A DNA stretch of 53,504 bases. It comes from a virus. Taxonomy: Duplodnaviria; Caudoviricetes. Position 1 is the first letter of the stretch. Every line of letters begins with the position of its first letter. Below, piece after piece: positions 1-7,366 of the stretch. The DNA lies in IMG/VR virus record IMGVR_UViG_3300042460_002234, positions 1 through 53,504 of that record; one strand, written 5' to 3'. The translations under genes were made by a program, and so were the position numbers. Below the pieces are notes generated by a model. It worked only from the letters and a program-made list of their open reading frames with translations, had not been told where the DNA came from and did no database searches.

Positions 1-261
1 GGCAGCGAGGCGGCTGGCGTAGCCCGAGGCAGCGAGGCGGCTGTCGTAGCCCGAGGCAGCGAGGCTGCTGGCGTAGCCCGAGGCAGCGAGGCGGCTGTCG
101 TTGCCCGAGGCAGCGAGGCGGCTGTCGTTGCCCGAGGCAGCGAGGCGGCTGGCGTTGCCCGAGGCAGCGAGGCGGCTGGCGTAGCCCGAGGCAGCGAGGC
201 GGCTGTCGTAGCCCGAGGCAGCGAGGCTGCTGGCGTAGCCCGAGGCAGCGAGGCGGCTGTC
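1..261. repeat. 27-bp coding tandem repeat, 9 full units plus a partial unit
   Basis: Unit GGCAGCGAGGC(G/T)GCTG(G/T)CGT(A/T)GCCCGA at 1, 28, 55, 82, 109, 136, 163, 190, 217, partial at 244. Confidence 0.97.
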
Positions 262-675
262 ATCCTCATCGCTGACCGTTTCAGCAGTGGACGGGCCCTT
301 CGCGGCGGCGAGCAGCAGCTTGATCTGGTGGTCGGACATCTTCGTCATGGCGTCAGCCATGCTGCCCGCGAAGATCACGTTGCCGCGAGGGAACTTGACC
401 TTGCCATCCAGCTCGACGCACTCGGCGCGGGCCACTTCCACGAGCAGCCACTTCGCGTCGATGGCTGAGCTGGTCAGGCTCCAGTCGCCGAAGCCATCCA
501 TCAAACCGTGCAGCCCGTTGCCGCAGGCGGCGCGCGGGCTCCAGTCGGGGCACTCCACGAGGCCGGATTCGGGCCACTTGAAGTTGCTGTGCGCCGTCAT
601 GTCGGCGGCGCAGGTGCGGATCACGAGGGCCTTCTCGGCGTCCTCGATCTGGTCCCAGGGTTTGAGGTTGTTCAC
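1..675 (-). CDS. Phage protein (DUF7666-like N-terminal domain) with C-terminal 9-aa repeats; runs off the window, absent from ORF track
   Basis: Manual translation from GTG at 675 (GGAGA upstream): MNNLKPWDQIEDAEKALVIRTCAADMTAHSNFKWPESGLVECPDWSPRAACGNGLHG...KWLLVEV...DGKVKFPRG, then (SG[YN][AD]S[RS]LAA)n, open to position 1. Confidence 0.85.
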   Translation of the reverse strand, partial: MNNLKPWDQIEDAEKALVIRTCAADMTAHSNFKWPESGLVECPDWSPRAACGNGLHGLMDGFGDWSLTSSAIDAKWLLVEVARAECVELDGKVKFPRGNVIFAGSMADAMTKMSDHQIKLLLAAAKGPSTAETVSDEDDSRLAASGYASSLAASGYDSRLAASGYASRLAASGNASRLAASGNDSRLAASGNDSRLAASGYASSLAASGYDSRLAASGYASRLAA

Positions 676-696
676 GACGATCTCCCAGCGTTTGTT

Positions 697-737
697 CGGG
701 CCGATTGCCCGCCGAAGCCACCCTTGAGGGGTGGCTT
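697..737 (-). promoter_or_regulatory. Intergenic double hairpin, copy 1
   Basis: Minus strand AAGCCACCC-CTCAA-GGGTGGCTT-CGG-CGGGC-AATCG-GCCCG just ahead of the RBS of the 1..675 gene. Confidence 0.55.
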
Positions 738-745
738 GAGCTGGC

Positions 746-1093
746 TTAGGCCGAGGGGAGACCGATGACGCCCTGCATGGCGCCGCTGGCGGTGAGGGCG
801 CGCAGGATGCCGCCCTTGCGCTCGCGCTTGGCCTGGGCGGCGGCGATGATCTCGCGCTGGTAGACGGTCGCGCCCTGCTCGACCGCAGCATGCGTCCGCT
901 TGGCCAGACGGGCGAAACGAGCGAGCTTGTTGCGGAACCATTCCTTCGCCGAGATCAGGAACCCGTCCTGCTTTCTGGCAGCATCGGCGGCCTTCTGCAC
1001 CGCGCGCATGGTCGCAATGCGGCGCTGGTAGGCGATCTTCTTCGCCTTGCGAATCTCGCGGCGCTTACGCTCTTTGTTGACGTTGTGGTTCAT
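746..1093 (-). CDS. Hypothetical basic (K/R/A-rich) protein
   Basis: ORF with GAGAG upstream of ATG, in operon orientation. Confidence 0.75.
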   Translation of the reverse strand: MNHNVNKERKRREIRKAKKIAYQRRIATMRAVQKAADAARKQDGFLISAKEWFRNKLARFARLAKRTHAAVEQGATVYQREIIAAAQAKRERKGGILRALTASGAMQGVIGLPSA

Positions 1094-1109
1094 GGTGTCT
1101 CTCGGTTGA

Positions 1110-1148
1110 GGGCGGGATGCCCGGATGAGCCCTCCGGTGGGAGGGCTC
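1110..1148 (-). promoter_or_regulatory. Intergenic double hairpin, copy 2
   Basis: Minus strand GAGCCCTCC-CACC-GGAGGGCTC-ATC-CGGGC-ATCCC-GCCC ahead of the RBS of 746..1093. Confidence 0.55.
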
Positions 1149-1159
1149 GCCCTGGAATC

Positions 1160-1426
1160 TCAGCAGTGGAATGCGATGTCGAACTCGCAGGACAGCACCC
1201 ACTCCGATTGCGGGGCCTCCTTGTCCTCGACGTAGTGCAGGTGGTCCTTGGGTCCGCCCGGCAGCGGCGCCCACTTCTTCGGCGGCACGCGCTCCGAGGA
1301 CAGCAGGCGGGTTCCCCGAACGTTGCAGCGGTGCCCGTTCTCATGGAAGAAGCGGCCAACGGCGTCCGATTCGGCCTCGCGGACGGTCTTGCCGACGCCC
1401 TTCCATGTCTCGTTGTAGTGGCCCAT
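1160..1426 (-). CDS. Hypothetical protein (MGHYNETWKG...)
   Basis: Start moved to ATG 1426, which follows GGAGG and the stop of the upstream gene. Confidence 0.75.
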   Translation of the reverse strand: MGHYNETWKGVGKTVREAESDAVGRFFHENGHRCNVRGTRLLSSERVPPKKWAPLPGGPKDHLHYVEDKEAPQSEWVLSCEFDIAFHC

Positions 1427-1428
1427 GG

Positions 1429-1632
1429 CTACTGGCCCTCCTGCGCGATGCGGAAGGCTTCGGCGCTGGCGTCGCGAGAATCTGCCGCCGCCTGCTTTGC
1501 AGCGACCAAGCAACGCTGCCCGACAGACAGTCCGGCCATGTCGAAGAGGCGCGAAGCTTCCCGGCGCTTGGTTTCCGTGTAGCGGGCCAATTCCACAATC
1601 CGCGCCTTCTGCTGTTCGGTCAGGTCAGCCAT
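1429..1632 (-). CDS. Hypothetical helical protein
   Basis: ORF overlapping the upstream stop, GGAGG RBS. Confidence 0.75.
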   Translation of the reverse strand: MADLTEQQKARIVELARYTETKRREASRLFDMAGLSVGQRCLVAAKQAAADSRDASAEAFRIAQEGQ

Positions 1633-2140
1633 TGCTGCCCTCCTCGACCTCGTAGGAGAGAGCGCCGCACTCCGGGCACTCGCCGGCCGGCTCGATGCAG
1701 CGCGGATCGCCGACAGGGAAGTCCAAGCGCTCGTCCAGGTCCTTCGCCTCGTTCAGCTCGGATTTGGGGCACTCGTGGCCGCAGTTGTCGCAGCGGCATG
1801 CCGGGTCGTCCCCGTCGCCTTCCTCGTGCTCCCCGTCTTCCGGCTCGGCGTACAGCGCCTCGATCTCCGCGCAGCGGGCTTCGCCGAGCTGATCGCGCGC
1901 AGCGTTGTGCGCCGCGTTGATGTCCTCCCACTCGACCGATCCGCTGTCGCCAGCCTTGGCGTAGGCGTGGACGAGCAGCGCGGCGGGGTCGTCTTCGACG
2001 TGATCGCTGCCCTCGTGGATTTCCGGCTCCGGGTCGTGGCTGTTGTCGAAGTCGCGCAGCTCAACGCGGACCCCGGGCGGGATGTCGCCAACCAGCTCGG
2101 CGACACCACCGCGAATCTCGATGCGGATGGTCTTAGCCAT
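1625..2140 (-). CDS. Acidic hypothetical protein with C-terminal Zn-ribbon
   Basis: CRCDNCG...GECPECG motifs; overlapping start/stop coupling with both neighbours. Confidence 0.8.
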   Translation of the reverse strand: MAKTIRIEIRGGVAELVGDIPPGVRVELRDFDNSHDPEPEIHEGSDHVEDDPAALLVHAYAKAGDSGSVEWEDINAAHNAARDQLGEARCAEIEALYAEPEDGEHEEGDGDDPACRCDNCGHECPKSELNEAKDLDERLDFPVGDPRCIEPAGECPECGALSYEVEEGSNG

Positions 2141-2720
2141 AGACCACCTCCCCGAACACCGCGCACTGGAGCCAGCAGTCGGCGACTTCGGCGTCAGCGC
2201 AGCCCTTGTCGCGCATCAGGTTGCCGAACTGGATGGGCGCCTTCGTGGCCAGGGCGATCAGGCCGCGGATGCCGGCCTCGCGGTCGAGCTTCACCGGCTC
2301 CGACTCGCCGGGCATGTCCCCGTCCTTCACCAACATGCTCACGCCGGCCTGGAAGGCGACGGTGTACCAGGGGAAGCCCTCGATCTCGCCGTAGTCCTTG
2401 GCCTTCGGCTTCTCGCCGATGCAGGTGATGCTCTCGCACCAGTGGTTCGCGCCGCCCTCGATGGCGGTGACGAGCAGGTCGTCCAGCAGGCCCTCCAGCG
2501 TGGCCGGGCCCTCGATCTCGTCGCAGACCAGATCGGCCAGCGGGAGGGTGACGGTGGGCTCGGCGTCCTTGTGGGCTTCGACGGCCGCCATGCAGTCAGC
2601 GATGGCCGGGTGCAGCGGCTCCAGATACCCCTCCAGATCGGGGTGAATCTCCTGGGCCGCCTTGATGACGGCCTTGATGGCGTCCAGCAGGCTTGGCGCT
2701 GTGGTTTGGGTGTTCCCCAT
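2133..2720 (-). CDS. Conserved phage hypothetical protein (AIEGGANHW...DAEVADCWLQCAVFGEVVYG)
   Basis: First gene of leftward operon, GAGGA RBS; C-terminal motif I recognise as widespread in phages, function unknown. Confidence 0.8.
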   Translation of the reverse strand: MGNTQTTAPSLLDAIKAVIKAAQEIHPDLEGYLEPLHPAIADCMAAVEAHKDAEPTVTLPLADLVCDEIEGPATLEGLLDDLLVTAIEGGANHWCESITCIGEKPKAKDYGEIEGFPWYTVAFQAGVSMLVKDGDMPGESEPVKLDREAGIRGLIALATKAPIQFGNLMRDKGCADAEVADCWLQCAVFGEVVYG

Positions 2721-2725
2721 TGGTA

Positions 2726-2804
2726 TATCCTCGTGGTAGGTGCTGCGGGATCAGCACGTACCGAATATACCTCAGAGGTATACCTAAATGGTAGCTTCTT
2801 GGTA
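2726..2804. promoter_or_regulatory. Operator cluster (TACC-N5-GGTA) in divergent intergenic region
   Basis: Perfect sites TACCTCAGAGGTA 2768-2780 and TACCTAAATGGTA 2781-2793; one-mismatch sites 2726-2738 and 2792-2804; AT-rich region between divergent operons. Confidence 0.8.
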
Positions 2805-2843
2805 TTTCAGCCGACGAACGGTAGCTACCACCGGGGAAGAGCA

Positions 2844-3098
2844 GTGGCCGGAAAGTTCATCACCAAGACCCAGCAGTCGCACGTCGCAGGGCTCATCACG
2901 GGCCTCGTGGCGGCCCTGGATGCCAAGGGCATGCCCTGGACCCGCCAGCACAAGGAAGACCTCAAGCTGGCCTTCCAGGCCCTCGGGGTCGATTGCCCCT
3001 TCAGCTTCTCGGACGTGCAGCCCGGCCAGCCCCCGGCCCGCCTGACGCCCCTGAAGCGCCTCTACCAGTCCGCAAAGGACAAGCTGGGGATGCCGTGA
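2844..3098 (+). CDS. Hypothetical protein (MAGKFITKTQQ...)
   Basis: GTG 2844 after GGGGAAG; 3' part of track ORF 2043..3098; first gene of coupled rightward operon. Confidence 0.75.
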   Translation: MAGKFITKTQQSHVAGLITGLVAALDAKGMPWTRQHKEDLKLAFQALGVDCPFSFSDVQPGQPPARLTPLKRLYQSAKDKLGMP

Positions 3099-3280
3099 GC
3101 ATCCGCGGCCGCGTGACGTTCGAGCGCGCCAACCTCAACGGCCGCGACTACATCGTGGCGTGGCTGGACGGCCCAGCCCCTCAGCCCGCCGCCCACGTCC
3201 GATGCGCCCTGTTCAGCGCCAAGAGCATCGGCCCACTCATCGGCAGCCTGATCGGCCGCCGCCCCGGAGAAGCACCATGA
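3095..3280 (+). CDS. Hypothetical protein
   Basis: GTGA overlap with upstream stop and ATGA overlap downstream. Confidence 0.65.
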   Translation: MSIRGRVTFERANLNGRDYIVAWLDGPAPQPAAHVRCALFSAKSIGPLIGSLIGRRPGEAP

Positions 3281-3591
3281 GCGGCACCACCAGCGACCCG
3301 ACCGATCCCCGCCTGACGCGCGGCGTGGACGAGACGCCCGTCCCCCAGGCCGAGACCTACCTCGTCCTGAGCGAGGAGGAGCGCGCCAAGGGCTTCGTCC
3401 GCCCCGTGCGCGACCGCTACAAGCACTTGACCTGCGGGACCATCACGACCATGGGCAAGGCGCTGGCCGAGACCTATGCCCGCGACCCGAAGTTCTACGG
3501 CGCCACGTACTGCGTGGCCTGCGCCATGCACCGCCCCGTGGGCCCGGACGGCGAATTCGAGTGGCTGGACGGCTCGAAGGTGGGCTCGTAA
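3277..3591 (+). CDS. Conserved phage hypothetical protein, probable Zn-binding
   Basis: YLVLSEEERAKGFVRPVR..HLTCG...YCVAC; ATGA coupling. Confidence 0.85.
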   Translation: MSGTTSDPTDPRLTRGVDETPVPQAETYLVLSEEERAKGFVRPVRDRYKHLTCGTITTMGKALAETYARDPKFYGATYCVACAMHRPVGPDGEFEWLDGSKVGS

Positions 3592-3896
3592 TGACCCCCG
3601 ACCAGTTCTGCTACTGGCTCCAGGGCCTCCTCGAGCTGCAACCGGACCTCAAGACGCTGAACGCTGCCCAGGTCCAGACGATCCGCGAGCACCTGGGCTA
3701 CGTGTTCGAGAGCGGGCACCTGACGCCGGCCGCCCCCCGGCGCCTGCCCATGCCGGCGATCCCCGAGCTGGGGCAGCCGGACGATGAAGTGGCCGAGATC
3801 CTTGAGCGTGAGCGCCGCCGCGAGAAGGCTTGGCCCTGGCCGCCCTGGCCGCCCTTCCGGCCGCGCCGTGCCGACCCCGACACCATGGTGTGCTGA
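3591..3896 (+). CDS. Hypothetical protein (MTPDQFCYWLQGLLEL motif)
   Basis: TAATG coupling; N-terminal motif common in phage small proteins. Confidence 0.8.
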   Translation: MTPDQFCYWLQGLLELQPDLKTLNAAQVQTIREHLGYVFESGHLTPAAPRRLPMPAIPELGQPDDEVAEILERERRREKAWPWPPWPPFRPRRADPDTMVC

Positions 3897-4279
3897 TGGC
3901 CGACCGCAAGATCATCGGCTACCAGCCCATCTACGCCCCCCTGCCCGGTCAGGTGGTGACGCACGCTTTCCTCATGTGCTCGCGCTGCGGCTGCTCAATC
4001 GCTTCCAGCAATGGGCCGGGGTACGAAGCCCTGTGCCTGAAGTGCGTGGGTGGTGGCATGCAGGGCCGGTTCACCGCCGAGCGCGAGCGCCGCGGCAAGC
4101 AGGTTGCACTCCGCATCTGCCTGGAGGTGGTCGGGCGCCCCGTCATCACGGGATACGTAGCCCTGCCGAGCGCGGCCGAGCGCTTCCCCTTACGCCTGCC
4201 CGGACAGGACAGCCCGGAGGGCTTCCTCTCCGCCTGCATCGCTCAGGCGGCCCGGCACTGGCGAGACCCCCAGCCATGA
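3896..4279 (+). CDS. Hypothetical protein with CxxC...CxxC
   Basis: TGATG coupling; CSRC and CLKC. Confidence 0.7.
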   Translation: MADRKIIGYQPIYAPLPGQVVTHAFLMCSRCGCSIASSNGPGYEALCLKCVGGGMQGRFTAERERRGKQVALRICLEVVGRPVITGYVALPSAAERFPLRLPGQDSPEGFLSACIAQAARHWRDPQP

Positions 4280-4446
4280 GCCGCACCATCCGCCGCCACC
4301 GGAAGACCGGCAAGCCCGAGCGGGACACCTACCACCGCCGGACCCACATGGACCCGTCCTGCCGGCACCACGGCTCCTGCCCGTACTGTGAGAACGGCCG
4401 GCTCCATGCCGCCAAGCGCCGGGCGCCCATCGAGGAGGCCCCGTGA
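4276..4446 (+). CDS. Small basic Zn-binding phage protein (DPSCRHHGSCPYCENGR)
   Basis: ATGA and GTGA coupling on both sides. Confidence 0.8.
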   Translation: MSRTIRRHRKTGKPERDTYHRRTHMDPSCRHHGSCPYCENGRLHAAKRRAPIEEAP

Positions 4447-4667
4447 GCGTCGCCCTGTACGACAACCCGGCCACCATGTGCCGAGAGGCGTGGCGCAACG
4501 GGCGACTCGACGGCCACCTCTCCGCAAGCCTGCTGCTGAACCGCAGCTTCCGCGGGGATCGCAGCATGCCGTTCTGGCTGAATGGCGCCCATCCCTGGAA
4601 GCCCGGTCATGTGGACGGCGATTCGCTCGCCGTGCCCCCCCTCAATCCGACCCTGGGGCACCCATGA
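4443..4667 (+). CDS. Hypothetical protein
   Basis: GTG after GAGGAGG; ATGA overlap with terS. Confidence 0.7.
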   Translation: MSVALYDNPATMCREAWRNGRLDGHLSASLLLNRSFRGDRSMPFWLNGAHPWKPGHVDGDSLAVPPLNPTLGHP

Positions 4668-5284
4668 CCACCAAGCCCTCCCCCGATTGGGAGCTGGCCG
4701 AGCGCCTGTACCGGGCGGGCCAGCTCTCCAACGTCCAGATCGCCGCTCAGATCGGGATCACCGAGGGAGCCCTGCGCAAGAGGGCCAAGCGCGACGGGTG
4801 GGCCAAAGACCTGACCGAGAAGGTGCAGAAGGCGGTTAAGACGAGGCTGGTACGAGACGAGGTACGAACTGCCGACGCGGGAGCCGCCGCTCGTACCGAG
4901 CGCGAGATCATCGAGCAGGCCGCCGAGAACGCCGTGGCCGTGGTCCGCTCCCACCGCAAAGACCTGACGGCCGGGCAGAACACCCTGGCCCTGCTGTTCG
5001 CCCAGCTCCAAGACGCCGCGGCCAACCGCGATGGTGAGCTGGACGAGATGGCCAAGCAGGTAGCGGCCGAGGAGGGCATGTTCGCCGCCTCAGCCCTGGC
5101 CCGCTTCCGCAAGCTGCTGAGCCTGCCCACCCATGCCGGCGTCATCCGTGACCTGTCCACGGCCATGAAGAACTTCCAGGCCCTCGAGCGCATCGCCTGG
5201 GGCCTGAACGAGAAGGACGACGCCCCGCCGGACTACGAGAAGCAGCTCAAGGAGCTGGCCATGGGCAAGGAGCCGCAGGAGTGA
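4664..5284 (+). CDS. terS: Terminase small subunit
   Basis: N-terminal HTH PDWELAERLYRAGQLS...ITEGALRKRAKRDGW, helical oligomerisation region, upstream of terL. Confidence 0.88.
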   Translation: MTTKPSPDWELAERLYRAGQLSNVQIAAQIGITEGALRKRAKRDGWAKDLTEKVQKAVKTRLVRDEVRTADAGAAARTEREIIEQAAENAVAVVRSHRKDLTAGQNTLALLFAQLQDAAANRDGELDEMAKQVAAEEGMFAASALARFRKLLSLPTHAGVIRDLSTAMKNFQALERIAWGLNEKDDAPPDYEKQLKELAMGKEPQE

Positions 5285-5772
5285 GCCCTGTGGTGGCCAT
5301 GCGCCCCCTGCCGCAGCGCGCCGCGAGAGCTTGGGTCAAGCAGACCCACCGGCACCTCGATGACTACCCGGCTGGCGACCTGTTCCGCGTTGCGCTCGAT
5401 GTGAACGGGCACATGAGCGCCGTTGGGGTTGCAGGGCGCCCCTGCCGCATGCTCCAAGACGGGTACACGGCCGAGATCACCCGCATCGCATGCGCCTCGC
5501 CTGTAGAGGTTAATGCCTGCTCGCGGCTGTATGGCGCCCTACGCCGGGCCGGCATAGCCCTTGGCTACCGCCGTTTCGTGACCTACACGCTGGAGGATGA
5601 GCCGGGCACGAGCCTTCGCGCGGCCGGCTTCCACGACGATGGCCTGACCGATGGCGGCGAGTGGGACCGCAAGAGCCGCCGCCGCAAAGCGGCCAAGCAG
5701 GCAGGGCGTAAGCGCCGCTGGATCTGGCCGGGGCGCGAGAGCGGCCTGTGGGATGGAGTGGCCCATGAGTGA
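5281..5772 (+). CDS. XF1762-family (Mom-related GNAT-fold) protein
   Basis: HRHL...VAGRPCR...AEITR...NACSRLYGA...GYRRFVTYTLEDEPGTSLRAAGF pattern. Confidence 0.85.
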   Translation: MSPVVAMRPLPQRAARAWVKQTHRHLDDYPAGDLFRVALDVNGHMSAVGVAGRPCRMLQDGYTAEITRIACASPVEVNACSRLYGALRRAGIALGYRRFVTYTLEDEPGTSLRAAGFHDDGLTDGGEWDRKSRRRKAAKQAGRKRRWIWPGRESGLWDGVAHE

Positions 5773-7294
5773 GTCCGGCCAGATCCTCTACCGGCTGCGC
5801 ACGGACTTCGAGTTCTACGCCCCCCGGTGCCTGAACATCCTCACGAAAGACGGCCAGCTCGTGCCGTTCCGGCTGAATCGGGCCCAGCGGTACATCCACA
5901 AGAAGCTCGAGGAGCAGCGGGAGCGCACCGGGAAGGTCCGCGCCATCGTGCTAAAGGGCCGCCAGCAAGGTGCTAGCACGTATATAGCAGGGCGCTTTTA
6001 CTGGCGTAGCAGCGGGGAATTCGGCAAGCGCGTCCAGATCCTCACCCACGAGCAGCCGGCCACGGACAACCTGTTCCGCATGGTCAAGCGCTACCACGAC
6101 AACTGCCCGACCGTCGTGAAGCCCTCCACCAGCAACAGCTCGGCGAAGGAGCTGGTGTTCGACAAGCTGGACACCCGCTACGCCATCTCGACCGCCGGCT
6201 CCCAGGCCACGGGCCGGTCCGCCACCGCGCAGTTCTTCCACGGCTCCGAGGTCGCCTTCTGGCCCCACGCCGAGGACCATATGGCCGGCATCGGCCAGAT
6301 CGTGCCGGACAAGGACGGGACCGAGATCGTGCTGGAGAGCACGGCCAACGGCATCGGCAACCTCTTCCACGCCATGTGCATGAAGGCCATGCGCGGCCGG
6401 GGCGACTACCAGCTCATCTTCGTGCCATGGTTTTGGGAGGAGGGCTACCGCCGCCCGGTCCCGGCCGACTTCACCCTGGAAGACGACGAGCTGGAGTACC
6501 AGAGCCAGTTCGGCCTGGACGACGAGCAGATGTGCTGGCGCCGGTTCAAGATCAACGACGACTTCGCGGGCGACGTGTCCCTGTTCAATCAGGAATACCC
6601 GGCCACCGTGGAGATGGCGTTCCAGGCCGCGGCCGCCAACAGCCTGATCTCCCCCTCCCTGGTCAGCGCCGCCCGGGCCCGCGAGAAGCCCCAGGGCATC
6701 GGCCCGCTCATCATGACCCTGGACCCGGCCGAGTACGGGGACGACGACAGCGTGTTCGGGCGCCGCCGCGGCCGGCTGGTGTACCCGATGGAGGCTTTCC
6801 ACGGCCGCGGGCCGATGGAGCTGGCCGGCATGGCCGCCGAGCGCCTGGACAAGTACAACCCCGACGCCTTCTGCATCGACGTGACCGGCGGCTACGGCCG
6901 CGGCATCGCCGAACGCCTGCGCGAGCTGAAGTTCAAGCGGATCTACGAGATCAACTTCGGCGAGAAGGCCCTCGACCCCGAGGTCTACAGCAACCGCAGG
7001 GCCGAGATGTGGGGGCTCATGCGCGACTGGTTCCGCGAGCAGGAGCCCTACTTACCCGATGACGACGTGCTGGCCGCGGAAGTGGCCTCCGTCACCTACC
7101 ACCACGACAGCAGCCGGCGCCTCGTGCTGACCAGCAAGGAGAAGATGCGCGCCGACGGCATCCCCTCCCCTGACCGGGGCGACGCCCTGGCCCTGTCCTT
7201 CGCCGTCCGCATCTCGCCGAAGGATCAGCAAGACCTGCCGAACTGGCGCAACCGCCTCAAGGCGAAGCGCCGCGGCTCCCCGATGACGGCCTGA
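5765..7294 (+). CDS. terL: Terminase large subunit
   Basis: Walker A region LKGRQQGASTY, Walker B FFHGSE, ESTANG coupling motif, nuclease LDPA..GDD and SPDRGDALAL. Confidence 0.97.
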   Translation: MSESGQILYRLRTDFEFYAPRCLNILTKDGQLVPFRLNRAQRYIHKKLEEQRERTGKVRAIVLKGRQQGASTYIAGRFYWRSSGEFGKRVQILTHEQPATDNLFRMVKRYHDNCPTVVKPSTSNSSAKELVFDKLDTRYAISTAGSQATGRSATAQFFHGSEVAFWPHAEDHMAGIGQIVPDKDGTEIVLESTANGIGNLFHAMCMKAMRGRGDYQLIFVPWFWEEGYRRPVPADFTLEDDELEYQSQFGLDDEQMCWRRFKINDDFAGDVSLFNQEYPATVEMAFQAAAANSLISPSLVSAARAREKPQGIGPLIMTLDPAEYGDDDSVFGRRRGRLVYPMEAFHGRGPMELAGMAAERLDKYNPDAFCIDVTGGYGRGIAERLRELKFKRIYEINFGEKALDPEVYSNRRAEMWGLMRDWFREQEPYLPDDDVLAAEVASVTYHHDSSRRLVLTSKEKMRADGIPSPDRGDALALSFAVRISPKDQQDLPNWRNRLKAKRRGSPMTA

Positions 7295-7366
7295 CGTGCT
7301 GTGTATACCCCGCCTGCCCAGGCAGTACCGTTCATCGGCATGTCCCATCCCACCGGCTGACCGCAC

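Noticed and set aside
1-261. 27-bp repeats as a CRISPR array
   Set aside because: Units are contiguous with no unique spacers, keep a reading frame, and no cas genes are present
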